DNA from: Eledone cirrhosa
Taxonomy: Eukaryota
Reading direction: 5' to 3'
Length of the DNA stretch: 64,000 bases
Assembly: GCA_964016885.1 (NCBI GenBank)
Contig: OZ024742.1
Location: 368,590,001-368,654,000, forward strand
A program made the position numbers and the translations under genes. The notes under the pieces are model-generated. The model searched no databases. It saw only the letters and a program-made list of their open reading frames with translations, and was not told the origin of the DNA. Below are positions 1-10,834 of this stretch, piece by piece. How positions within the stretch are numbered: the stretch's first letter is position 1; each line of letters opens with the position of its first letter.

Positions 1-172
1 TCTACTTTAGGCACAAGGCCAGCAATTACCCAGTGCATTACTGGTACTTTATCTTATCGACCCCGTAAGGATGAAAGGCAAAGTCAACCTCGGCGGGATT
101 TGAACTCAGATCGTAAAGAGACGTAACTATGCTTGAAAGCATGGCGTCCGACCCTCTACCGATACTGCCAAT
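1..172 (-). mobile_element. tRNA-derived SINE (cephalopod-type), partial
   Basis: Minus-strand B box GAGTTCAAATCC (revcomp of ggatttgaactc, ~96-107). Body cccagtg...ctggtact...atcgacccc...aggatgaaaggcaaagtc is shared with the copy at 1525-1680. Confidence 0.75.
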
Positions 173-581
173 CCACTAATAATGGATAACAATAAACTAT
201 ATACAAAATAAAACAATCGAAATCACCAATAGGGGTGAACGTTGCCGCGGGGTTGTTTTACACCCCGTGGATAGAACAACCCTCAACACCAGGAACACGT
301 TTTGTAGGTTCCCGTCTTCCCTCTGTTTGTCTTCACTGGGGCCATTTTCGTCACATTTACCCACCTTTCAGCAAATTTACTGGGGTGTAGCTCCTCTCTC
401 TCCACTCTCACATTCCTTCTGAAGTGGTACTTAAAGAAGGGGATGAGTTGTTGTCCGGAGAGAAAGGTGTTTGCCCTCAGTCCTTTTAACCTCGTCCACC
501 ATATTACCTCTTTCGCCATAGCCACCAGACAGAGGAAAACCGCCACACCTTCATTCTTAAATGAAGGCGGTAGGGTGATCC

Positions 582-1075
582 TCATGATGGAGAGTACATG
601 ATGAGGTCTGTGGAGCTCTCATCAAGGAGATCTTTGAGTCTCCTTTCCCACCATACCATAAAAAGGTTGGCAACGTCACCAGCTATGCTGACGCCAATGG
701 CTGCTCCCTCACTTTGGGTGTAGATCTTCTCGTTGAATTTGAATATCTGGCCCTTTATGGTAGTTTTAATACTAACCCCTATTGCATGCGCGACCATTTT
801 TCTCACCTGATCATTGTTTTGGGGATCCGTATGGCTTTGGTCCACCCAATCCACCTTCCCATGGGAGTCTTTTTTGCCATTGAGGTTATGGTGGGGGTCT
901 ACCTCTTATGGGTCTACTGGGGCAGAAACGGCTAAGGTCATGGCTGTCTAGATACTCGGTGTCATAGGTAAGTCTAAGTAGGAGGCCCAGTTCATCTGTG
1001 TCGACGTCACAGAACTCCACCTCACTCTCACTGATCATCTCCACACATTTTTCCACAGCAAAATCAATGTTAATA
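582..1075 (-). pseudogene. Penelope-like RT fragment
   Basis: Minus translation ...IDFAVEKCVEMISESEVEF...IFKFNEKIYTQSEGAAIGVSIAGDVANLFMVWW...IMYS, closely homologous to the PLE RT at 18148-18938. Truncated just before the YVDD motif. Confidence 0.85.
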
Positions 1076-1233
1076 GATTATAGAATTTAGTTTAAAATAG
1101 GTAGAAAACCCAGCAAAACATCAGACGAGATGGCACCTGGTTCATTTTGGCCAAGTTCTTTAAATATCTGAGTTCGAATCCTAGTCATCCAAGAATTGAT
1201 ATAATTAGTGTTGGTCAAAGACGGGTCATCCTA

Positions 1234-1234
<1 letters not shown>

Positions 1235-1264
<30 letters not shown>

Positions 1265-1386
1265 CTTCTTCTTCTTCTTCTTCTTCTTCTTCTTCTTCTG
1301 CCACTTATTCCCGAGGGGGTCATGGTGCCAGAGTCCTCAAACACTCCCTCTACCGGGTCCTGTCAGAAACAACCGTCTCTCAGCCT
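1235..1386 (-). mobile_element. 3' end of an RTE-like LINE with (GAA)n tail
   Basis: (TTC)n at 1235-1299 on + reads as a (GAA)n tail on -. It is preceded on - by ETVVSDRTR*RECLRTLAP*, resembling the DRxxWR C-terminus of RTE ORFs. Confidence 0.5.
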
Positions 1387-1524
1387 TAGCAATGAAATGA
1401 CCAATGGAAACATTGTTTCCTTGGTCTCATCTGGTTTCTTTTCTTTTTGAAGGACCACAGACGTGTTAGAATCTGTTGGTTCAGGTGTAGCTCGGGGCAG
1501 AATAGTAATAACTGTTTCTCAGAG

Positions 1525-1680
1525 GAAAGTCGAATAAATCAACCCCAGTGTATTACTGGTACTTTATTTTATCGACCCTGTAAGGATGAAATGTAAAGCT
1601 AGCCTTGAAGGAATTTTAACTCAGAACGTAAATGGATGTAACTTTATACCGCAAAGCATGTTGTCCGACGTCCACGTCTC
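1525..1680 (-). mobile_element. tRNA-derived SINE, diverged copy of the 1-172 family
   Basis: ccccagtgtattactggtactttattttatcgaccctgtaaggatgaaa...ggaattttaactcagaacgtaaa aligns with 29-120. Confidence 0.75.
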
Positions 1681-1773
1681 TTTAGATCTGAACAGCCGAT
1701 ATCTTCCAGAGAAAAAGAGAGCAAGAGAGAGTGATAGTGAAAGAGTGAGAGAGTGAGAGATAGAAAGGGTGAG

Positions 1774-1774
<1 letters not shown>

Positions 1775-1838
<64 letters not shown>
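1775..1838. repeat. (GA)n microsatellite
   Basis: Direct reading. Confidence 0.95.
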
Positions 1839-1843
<5 letters not shown>

Positions 1844-2601
1844 GAAGTGATACTGGAAAGATAGACCTCGACGGAATATAAACTTAGAGTGCAAAGAGAC
1901 GGAATTATGGTGGAGAAACATCCTCTCTGATGTTCAAACAACTTCGACAAATCGTCACCTATTATATAAATATAAACACTTGAAAATAAGTAGTTTTGTA
2001 TCATGGATTGAAGGGCGGTTCTTGGCGGGTTGGCATCAAAAGAAGTATGTTGCTTTCCTTCAATTCAATTAAAAATGAAAACCAGTTAACATGAAACCTA
2101 CCTTTCAATATACGTCCTTTGGCAATAACAAAAAAAAAAAGAAAAGAAACGAACGAAAATGACAGAAGAAAAGAAAAATGAATAAAATTCTGACAGATTG
2201 GAAAAATTGTGAAGGAGGAAAAAATAATAAAATGTAAAGCTTCGCTGTTGGTATATTGCTGAAATAAATATATAATTCGTATTTTCTCGCCTGTAAAAAC
2301 TGAGATAAATAATGTGGAATGTGTCGACAGCATTGATTAAATGGAGGTAACATTACATACAATACTTTATACAAATGGCGTACATTTTGTCCGGGGCGAT
2401 ATATATAAAACTACTCTGCCAAGCTTGAATATATATATATATATATAAAAGAAATAGGATTTCGATTCAAGCATAGCTTTATACAATATGTATAAATATT
2501 TCGTATCTCCAAAGAAATACAGTTTTAGCAAGCCGTAGCTATGCAAACACCGGGGGGCTAACGCCCTCTGGTGATGTTCAGAAGAAGCAAGGGGGGACAA
2601 A

Positions 2602-2640
2602 CGTCTATGCATTTCAGGCTTAACTCGCCTTCGTCAGGAT
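2602..2640 (-). ncRNA. minimal type I hammerhead ribozyme (left arm)
   Basis: Minus: atc-CUGACGA-aggc gagttaa gcct-GAAA-tgca-UA-gacg. Stem I carries one mismatch. Confidence 0.7.
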
Positions 2641-2720
2641 GGTCCCTCCCACCGCTTGCGACTAGAAGACAGCTGAGAATATATAGTTTTCTCGTCTGTG
2701 TAAATGAGGTGATTAATCTC

Positions 2721-2811
2721 ATTTGCATATGAAGCTGCATAAGTTGGCTCAACTTATAACATTTCTTTTTTATTATAAGTTGAGCCAACTTATGCAGCTT
2801 CATATGCAAAT
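2721..2811. promoter_or_regulatory. paired octamer motifs (ATTTGCAT 2721-2728, ATGCAAAT 2804-2811) flanking the palindrome centre
   Basis: Exact Oct/POU consensus in each arm. Function is inferred, not shown. Confidence 0.35.
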
Positions 2812-2899
2812 GAGATTAATCACCTCATTTACACAAACGAGAAAAGTATATATTCTCAGCTGTCTTCTAGTCCAGCAGTCGCAAGCGGTGGGAGGGACC

Positions 2900-2937
2900 G
2901 TCCTGACGAAGGCCAGTTAAGCCTGAAATGCATAGAC
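2900..2937 (+). ncRNA. minimal type I hammerhead ribozyme (right arm)
   Basis: gtc-CUGACGA-aggc cagttaa gcct-GAAA-tgca-UA-gac: complete core, stem I gtc/gac, stem II aggc/gcct, palindromic stem III AUGCAU. Confidence 0.8.
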
Positions 2938-3177
2938 CTTTGTCCCCCTTGCTTCTTCTGGACATCACCAGAGGGCGTTAGCCCTCCGGTGTTTTCATAG
3001 CTACGGCTTCTTAAAACTGTATTTCTTTGGAGATACAAAATATTTATACACACACACATACATATATATATATATATTGTGTGTGCGCGCGCTCAATATA
3101 GCAATGTATATATATATATATATAATTATATATATATATGTATATATAGTGTGTGGGTGTGTGCAATATATCAATGG

Positions 3178-3224
<47 letters not shown>

Positions 3225-3684
3225 AAAAAAGGAAAACAATGACTTCACTTGTAGTTGGTATTATATAACATTATAATTTTATAATTTTGCTATGTAGATC
3301 TAATAAATCCTTTGTTAACTTCGGTGGCAAGTTTTTTTAAAAGAAATCCTGGTTAACTTTCTGGAGAACTTTCTCGCATTCGTCAAACTGATCTTAAGTT
3401 GCAATGTGTTGCTGTATATACAAGGAATTTGAATGTGTGTCTGGGGAAGTGTTAATGAGAATAAAAGTAAAGGCCAAAGTAGAGCTAAAATTCAGCTCGA
3501 AGGAGATAATGTATATTCGGCTATATTTGTATAACTCTCACGAGCGTATCTATAAATATCTCTGTAGGTATGTCAGTCCGTCTCCCCTCCCCCGCCTCTC
3601 TCTTTGCTTTGCAAGGTTTTTTATATGAAATCGTTTGTCAAAACAATTATTGTTATACTTAAATTAAATTAAATTAAATTAAAA

Positions 3685-3947
3685 TGGAGTAGACATACAA
3701 TACAATGGGAGGAAACAATAGTACCACTGATGATGTCGCAGATGTGTGACGAAAGAACTTTGGTAGACTATATATATATATTTATTTATATCTGTATTCT
3801 TAACCGTTGGTCAATCAATGATAAACATTGATTGCCAAATAAATTAACTATGGAGATATAAAAGATACAGAAGCGAAAACCAACCAAACAGTGAGTGTGT
3901 TCTGTTATTATTTCTGGCAATATTATAACAATATGATCCTCCCCAAG
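3685..3947 (+). mobile_element. solo Penelope pLTR fragment
   Basis: Contains an HHR of the same family as the pLTR at 16780-17190 and shares the atga(c/t)cctccc(c/a)aag end motif. Left boundary is approximate. Confidence 0.65.
3722..3765 (+). ncRNA. type I hammerhead ribozyme
   Basis: tacca-CUGAUGA-t-gtcgca gatg tgtgac-GAAA-gaac-UU-tggta: 5-bp stem I, 6-bp stem II. Confidence 0.85.
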
Positions 3948-5600
3948 GGCGGTAATTTTTAGCAAGGGTGGTTTGACTATTTTTGGTGTTGCTTCAGTGT
4001 TACTATCCGGGTCTCATATGTTGTTAATATTGATTTTAGACCCCGGCCACCTTCCTTGGGTGAGAAGTATAGCCTATCCACATCACCATTGATGTTAAAG
4101 TTCCCAGTAACACTGAGAAGTTTTCGAGTTCTAACATCCATCTCACTTAGTTCTTGCAATGACCAGTTCAGCAGGCCAAATGTTGGCGTTATAATTGGCA
4201 CAGCATAAGTATTGTGGGCAATGTATTTGTTGTACGCTGACAGTTCTGATGACATAATATTTTCTTTACTCTTCTGAGGTATTCAGTTCTGGTTCTCTCC
4301 TTATATATGGGTTCATCATATCTGACATTCTCATCCTGTCCAAGATATCTGTAGTTGTCACCTGACTGTAGAGGTTGTATTGTCAGGCCGTTCATCTCTA
4401 GATTTCTAGAGGAGGACACAGCTCTTCCACGTTTTACTGCCAAATATGCACACTTGGACTCACCAAATTTCATTTTGATGTCGGTTGAAAATTGTGTAAT
4501 GAGGGCCAATTGTTTCTTGATGTCATTGATATTTGGCCCATACAACTTCAGGTCATCAACAAAGAAAAGATGGGAGATACTTCTGGGCCCACTACTTTGT
4601 CCACCTTGTTTCCTGAGTGGGTAAGATAGTGGATTCAGTGAGAGAACGAAGAGTAGCACTGACATGCTATCAACCTGAAAGATGCCCTTCTGGTAATGTA
4701 TCTTATCAGTCTTAACTTGCTCCTTCTCACCTCTAAGGATCAAATTGGTCTACCAGTTCTTGGTCAGGCGTTCAACAGCAGCTACCAATGGTTGTGGGAC
4801 TTTAGCTAACTGTAAAGCCTTAATAATCCACCCATGAGGTACACTATCAAATGCTTTTTGATAGTCCAGCCACACCACAGTCATGTTTCTGCGATTCTTT
4901 GTTGTTTTTTCCTGAATCATTTTGTTAGTTAGTAGGTGATCTATGCAACCCCACACCTCCCTCTTTCCACCAGCTTGCTCAGGTGTTATGATGTTGTTGG
5001 TAGCACAGTGATCCTGTAAGAACAGGTTAAGGCACCCAGTATATAATTTATACATGATGTTTTGGCAAGCTATTGGGCGGTAATTTTTAGCAAGGGTGGT
5101 TTGGCTATTTTTGGGAATGAGAAGAGTGGTGGAAGTTGATAACCATCTGGGCAGTTCTTGTGTGCCTTTAATGGTTTCTGTAAACAGCCGTATGAGATCT
5201 TTATGAGATCCTGTTATGAGATCCTGTTATGAGGTCTGGGCCTGGTGATTTCCTATTCGACATTTTCTGTAGAGCTGTTTCCAGTATTGACCCATCTATG
5301 TCATATTGTTTTGTCTGGACATGTTGGCAGTAGTCCTGTTCCAGTTCTTGTAGCCATTTAGTTTGTCTGTTGAATCCGTCATCCGTTTCACATACAGATC
5401 TCCAGTAGCTCTCAACCTGTTCTTTTGAAGGGGTGTTATTCACAGAGATTGAGCCTTTGCCACCGAAGCTGCGATAAACTGATTTAGGATCTCTGGCAAA
5501 CAATCTATTTAGCACTTGTCGTTTATGTGCTGTTGACTTATATTTTAGTCTTTCTGTTGCAGCTGTGAGTTGTTGTTTCAACTGGTGTAATTTGGAGTTT
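3947..5600 (-). mobile_element. R4/Dong-clade non-LTR retrotransposon, decayed RT fragment
   Basis: KSPGPD, KNYRPIAC, EQAGGK...WGC, WLDYQKAFDSVPH, KGIFQVDSMS, ISHLFFVDDLKLY, YRYLG, GGRGL motifs spread over broken ORFs 3977-5581. Confidence 0.88.
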
Positions 5601-5683
5601 ATGTATGTATGTATGTATGTATGTATGTATGTATGTATGTATGTATGTATGTATGTATGTATGTATGTATGTATGTATGTATG
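5600..5683. repeat. (TATG)n microsatellite (also 6288-6334 and 8956-9014)
   Basis: Direct reading. Confidence 0.95.
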
Positions 5684-6289
5684 TCAGGTCACCAGTTGGT
5701 GCTACTGGTAACATGTATCCCAGTACAACCTGTCTCATGGTCGGGTCGTTGGCGACTAAACTGGCAACCCCACCAAGGTTTCTTGGTGAGGAGGGTGACT
5801 TTGGACATCCTGCAGGACTAAAAACAAAAGTGTCAAAAGGGCAAAGGAACTCTTAAGAGTCAATGGCCATCCAAAATCACCGGGAGAGATGACCCCTTAG
5901 CCTTTGTCAAGGCAGAATTCTAGAAGGAAAACTCTGATATAACACCTGCAACCCTGATGGTATCCAATGATGTTGACTTGTTCTTCTTTTTGGTAAATAT
6001 CATCTTGGCTAAGAGAGTGGGACTGGCTTTGTGCAGTGCCTTTGCTCACTATAAAAGCTTCACGGCACAGGCACTGCTTTATATCTAGAGATCTCTCTGC
6101 ACTTGTTGTCACATGGTACCATGGGCCCAACACTATGTGTCAATAATTGTCACAAGTGTAGTGTTTGTACCAGAGTTTTCAAGTCGCTGGCTGGACTAAA
6201 AAGTCACACTCGTTCAGCACATCGGTAGGAGTTCTGCTACATGGATATAAAGTAGTGGCTGTACTCGAAAATGAGTTTGCAGCCACCAT
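5683..6289 (+). mobile_element. non-autonomous RTE-derived element (bipartite 5'UTR + 3' tail), copy A
   Basis: No ORF. Homologous along its length to 9043-9621. Has an RTE-5'UTR-like motif (agcctttgtcaaggca...agaaggaaaactctga) and a tail gtggctgtactcgaaaatgag...gcagccacca resembling the RTE tail at 14651-14691. Confidence 0.65.
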
Positions 6290-6334
6290 GTATGTATGTA
6301 TGTATGTATGTATGTATGTATGTATGTATGTATG

Positions 6335-8956
6335 TTCTTCTGGTTTTATAATTTCACAAAGTTTTACCAATAGAGAGAGAGTCGGTTTCTAACATAGACA
6401 CAAGACTCTCTCATTGGAATTTACACATCAACTAGGTAGATATGTATGTATGCATGCATGTGTAGATATGGATGCTATTGTATATGTGGATGTGTATGTT
6501 TTGAGTTGTATGTGTGCATGTGTATATGCTTTGCATCTATACATGTGTATATGCAGTTATTAGATGCAAAATTTCTGGAATGTTTTACATATTTTTACTG
6601 TTCCATTAATGGATTGTACTTGTAATTTCCAAACTAGTTGTGTTCTTTCTGTTCCTGTGAAGCATAGCTTCTCAAGATTTGTATTGAGGCAGTTACTAAC
6701 ATACCCCAGTGCCCCAATAATCACAGGCATAAATCTGAAGGTGTAATCAGGGTGGAGTATCTGCAGATTTCTCATCAGTTCTGCATAAATATTCTCCTTT
6801 ACACTAATCTTTGATATCATATTGGCATCTGCTGGGCAGCTAATTTCCACTACTCTGCATGCTTTCTTCTCCCTGTCCCATATCATAATATCTGGTCTGT
6901 TATGCCTTCATTTTATTGGGGTTTTTACTGGAACATTCCACCAGTACTCTTTCATATTATGTACATGGATGTCTTCCACATTGCTGTAGCTTTTAATGTG
7001 TTTATTATCGGGGCTATTTTTTTACGAACTGCATTGTACAGTGTTTTGGCCACTACATCATGCCTCGTAGGTAGATAGTACCGCGATGACATCTTTGGAC
7101 AGCTGCTGATGACATGGGTGATATCCTAGATGGTAGTTCTGCAGAGTCTGCACTTGTTATCACATCTAGGTGTTTTGCCAGCATCCCTATCTCTTTTGTG
7201 AATCAGGTATTTCGTGTTAATCTCCTGTTCTTGGATTGCAAAAGCGTATCCTTCAAAGTGGGAGCCAATATAGCGGTTGTTGGTTCAAGATAGACTACTT
7301 TCCTTATCTATATTACTCTCACTCTGGAGCTTCCTGGCAACATATCCATGCATGAATTTTTGCTGATAGGCATGCAGTTTTTCATCCATGGATTCACTGC
7401 GGTACTGCTGAGCGACATCCCTGGGTGTGAGGTTTTGATTATCACACAGGGAATATCTCTCGAGGAGTTCCTCCCCAACTCTCATGATCTTATCTGTTTC
7501 ATGCAGATAGACTTGCTCGAGAAACGGGCTCCTACGCTTCGAGGTTCGTAGATGTTGTCGGAGAGATATGATGCGACATTCAAATGTCTGGACTGATGTT
7601 AGTCCTCTGCCTCCCTGCTTACGTTTCAAGTAAAGGCGGTCTATGTCACTGTTGATGTGGAAGTTTCCGGTGTTGTTTAGTATTTTTCGAGTTCCAACAT
7701 CAACTGCTCGGATTTCGTCTATCGTCCAATTGAGTATTCCAAACGTTGGTGTCAGGAGAGGCACAGCAAACACATTGTGAGCCACTGTTTTGTTTTGCGC
7801 AGAGAGTTCCGATGACCAGATCTTTCTTAATCGGGTGTAGTATTCCCTGGTTATGCGTTCTTTATTACAGATACCATTATAGGATATGTTCTCATCTATC
7901 CCCAGGTATCTGTAGCAGTCCTCATCAGATATCGGTGAAACAGTTAGGCCATTGATGACAATGTTGCTAGATTGGGTTGTTGTTTTTCCCCGCTATACAA
8001 TCATGTATGAGCATTTATCTTGGCCAAACTCCATTCCTATATCCTTTGAGAACGTTGTAACCAGGTCAAGATTTTTCTTCATCCCATCCATGTTCTTGGC
8101 ATAGAGTTTCAGATCGTCCACAAAGAAACTATGAGTTAGGTTCGTATTTCTGTCCTCCTGTGAGCCAATGATGTATCCCTCAGATTTCTTGAGCAGAAAG
8201 GACAAGGGGTTTAATGACAGGATGAATAATATCACAGAGAGACTGTCCCCTGCAATATTTTATTTTATCAGTGAAAATAGAGTCCTCCCTCTCTGTCTTT
8301 AACCTTAGGATAGTAGTCCAAGAAGAAGACAGCCTCTCTATGGCTCTGACAATAATGTCTGGGACTTTAGCAAGTTGGAGGGCTTCTATCATCCAAGAGT
8401 GGGGAACAGAATCGAAAGCTTTCCTGTAGTCCAGCCAGACTGTAGCCATATTCCTCCTAAGTTGTCGCACCTCCGACATCGCAGTTTTGTTGATTAGGAG
8501 TTGTTCAGCACATCCCCAAACCCCTTTCTTTCCAGCTGCTTGTTCATCTGTGATGATGTTATTATTTTCACAGTGATCTTGGAGGAATAGGTTCAGGCAG
8601 GCTGTATACATCTTATACATCAGGTTCTGGCATGCAATGGGTCGGTAGTTTTTTGCCAAGTGGGTGTCTTTGTTCTTGGGGACCAGTAATGTTTGTGCTA
8701 ATGTCAACCATTCTGGTATAAGTGTATCTCCCTTAAGAACTTGTTGGTAGAGGTTAGTAAGATACCTCCGATAGAATATCAGTTTTTTGTACCAGTATCC
8801 GACAATCATGTCTCTTCCTGGTGTTTTCTCATCTTGGAGTTTTCCTATCACAGTCTCAAAGGTACCCTCACTTATTTCGTATGTTTTTTGTTGTAGTGTA
8901 GGAGCAATAGTTCTTTCGGATTTCTCTTAGCCACACTGCATCTTGGTTGAAATTCT
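6335..8956 (-). mobile_element. R4/Dong-clade RLE non-LTR retrotransposon, 5'-truncated, with RT, CCHC knuckle, restriction-like endonuclease and 3'UTR
   Basis: WLDYRKAFDSVPH, LTHSFFVDDLKLY, CRLC...HVISSC (~7095-7155), NRPDIMIWDREKKACRVVEISCP (PD-(D/E)xK-type RLE). 3'UTR hairpin at 6375-6412. Ends in (TACA)n. Frameshifted. Confidence 0.9.
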
Positions 8957-9042
8957 ATGTATGTATGTATGTATGTATGTATGTATGTATGTATGTATGT
9001 ATGTATGTATGTATGGATATATGTGTGTATGTATGTATATAT

Positions 9043-9621
9043 GTCGGGTCACTCTTGAGTGCTACTGGTAACATGTAACCCAGTACAACCTGTCACATGG
9101 TCGGGTCGTCGGCGACTAAACCAGCAGCCCCACCAAGTTTACTTGATGAGGAGGTTGATTTTGGGACACCCTGCAGGACCAAAAACAAAACCTGACGAAT
9201 GGCAGAAGAACTGCAACGACCATCTATAAAAGTGTAAATATGTATATAGATATGTGTATATGTATATTTATGTATACATGTGTATATATGCGCGGGGACA
9301 TAGAAATAATCGGGCAGGATACCCGATCGCGGGGTTAAACCACTGGGAGTGAAGGACCCCTAGCCTTTGTCAGGACATTCTTCTAGAAGAACGCAACTCG
9401 GGAAACTGGAATAACTCTGATATAAAACCTGCGGCTCAGTAGTTACCGATGATGTTGATCTTTTCTTCTTTTCAGAGAGTGGGATTGGCTCAGTGCACAG
9501 TCTTTCCTCACTTTAAAAATATCTTCACGCACAGGCATTGCACGATATCATTAATTGATAATTATTGATAATCGTGTATCGTGCAATGGCCATACTCGAT
9601 AACGAGGGAGCAGCCATCATG
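9043..9621 (+). mobile_element. non-autonomous RTE-derived element, copy B
   Basis: Head gctactggtaacatgta...cccagtacaacctgtc...ggtcgggtcg...cgactaaac matches 5700-5765. Tail tcgtgcaatggccatactcgataa(c)gaggg(a)gcagccatca is nearly identical to 14651-14691. Confidence 0.7.
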
Positions 9622-9671
9622 TCTGTATGTATACTTGTATGCATATATATATGTATGTATGAATGTATATA

Positions 9672-9709
<38 letters not shown>

Positions 9710-9732
9710 CTCGTATTGACGACAGGACCTTT

Positions 9733-9768
<36 letters not shown>

Positions 9769-9850
9769 AAACCAACCAAACAGTGAGTGTGTTCTGTTAT
9801 TAATTCTGGCAATATTACGCAAATATGACCCTCCCCAAGTATAACAATAT
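9769..9850 (+). repeat. second copy of the pLTR 3' segment (matches 3877-3947)
   Basis: aaaccaaccaaacagtgagtgtgttctgttatta...ctggcaatatta...atatga(c/t)cctccccaag. Confidence 0.85.
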
Positions 9851-10315
9851 ATATATATATATATATACATTATGAAGAGAGAAGAAACATTTAGATATAA
9901 TTAGTAATAAAATGTACCATACCTAAACTGCTCCTAAATTCCTCGACTACGTAGTTTCGTGGCATAAACAAAAACAATATATCATAAAGACATAGAGTCC
10001 CTGCAAGGTCTGCCGACTTATCAAGAGGATACCTCATTTTACTAGTCTCAAGAACGCGTCTACACGACGTGAGAAAGAATCCCAAAAGGCGGAGGGGGAG
10101 ATAGTCACGCGATATAACGGTCGAGAAACAGAGCTAAGCCTCTTATAACCACGAAGAAAATACCACGGAGGCGGAGGGGGTATTCATATCGAGGCCGCAG
10201 AAGAGGTGGTGAAGAAGGCTAGAAGTATGAGTAATGGAAGCTTTCCAGTTGTCCCCACACTTCAAAGATTGCTCGACCAGAGGGAGTTATTAACAATATA
10301 TATATATATATATAT

Positions 10316-10752
10316 ATAAACGGAAAAAATGAAACGAAATTTCATTTCCCACTCTTAGTACGGCTGTTACTTAAATATAAGTATGTACACGTACATACAT
10401 ATATGTATACAGACGTACAGTAGTATGTATATATATATACATACATGCACACATATATATATATGTACGTATGGATTCACCGAACATCTATTACAATGCT
10501 CGGTGTGTTTGTAAACAAACATCCCGTATTAAGCCGTAGTGTCCAGCAACCATCGTTGCTCGTTTGTTCAACACTGACAAAGGAACGCTGTACTAGTTTC
10601 AAGCTTATTAGCTATCGTCAGCAACGTATACCTTCCTGCTAGATTGTTGAACGTATATACTTACCTTATGCATATTAACGGCTGAGTAGCCCAATTTGCA
10701 TATCGAGTGGGTTAATTGGCCGGGTGCACTGAAAACGATAAACGGAAAAAAT
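10316..10752 (-). mobile_element. ~422-bp ORF-less HHR-containing monomer (retrozyme-like / non-autonomous PLE)
   Basis: Bounded by the direct repeat ATAAACGGAAAAAAT (10316-10330, 10738-10752). Carries one HHR, an octamer at 10694-10701 and an internal hairpin near 10478-10505. A second copy lies at 14733-15280. Confidence 0.75.
10586..10626 (-). ncRNA. minimal type I hammerhead ribozyme
   Basis: Minus: cgttg-CUGACGA-t agct aata agct t-GAAA-ctag-UA-cagcg. Confidence 0.8.
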
Positions 10753-10834
10753 ATATATATTTTATTAGAAATGTAAGCCGTATTATTATTATTATTATTA
10801 CTTTTATTATTACTTTTTTTTTTTTTCCAATTCA

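Larger units (their letters stand above)
2489..3050. repeat. ~560-bp fold-back element (arms ~270 bp, loop 13 nt), ORF-less, probably PLE-terminal-repeat derived
   Basis: 2489-2759 is the near-perfect reverse complement of 2773-3050, with scattered mismatches and an 8-bp insertion in the right arm near 2872. Flanked by TA-rich microsatellite. Confidence 0.95.

Noticed and set aside
283-585. 100-aa ORF abutting the PLE RT fragment
   Set aside because: No recognisable motif and it does not continue the RT; left unassigned.
1128-1190. tRNA gene (B box GAGTTCGAATCC near 1170; also 40804-40870)
   Set aside because: No cloverleaf can be built; these are at most decayed SINE heads.
5683-5800. HDV-like ribozyme in the non-autonomous RTE head
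   Set aside because: A P4-like hairpin and CUAA are present, but I could not assign P1/P3/P1.1 consistently in both copies.
9191-9220. CTGACGA as a further hammerhead (also CTGANGA near 4246, 7106, 12555 and 43633)
   Set aside because: No properly placed stem II + GAAA + NUH.
9870-10292. Unique-looking segment with a 64-aa minus ORF
   Set aside because: No motif, splice pattern or internal homology I can support; possibly a TE fragment.
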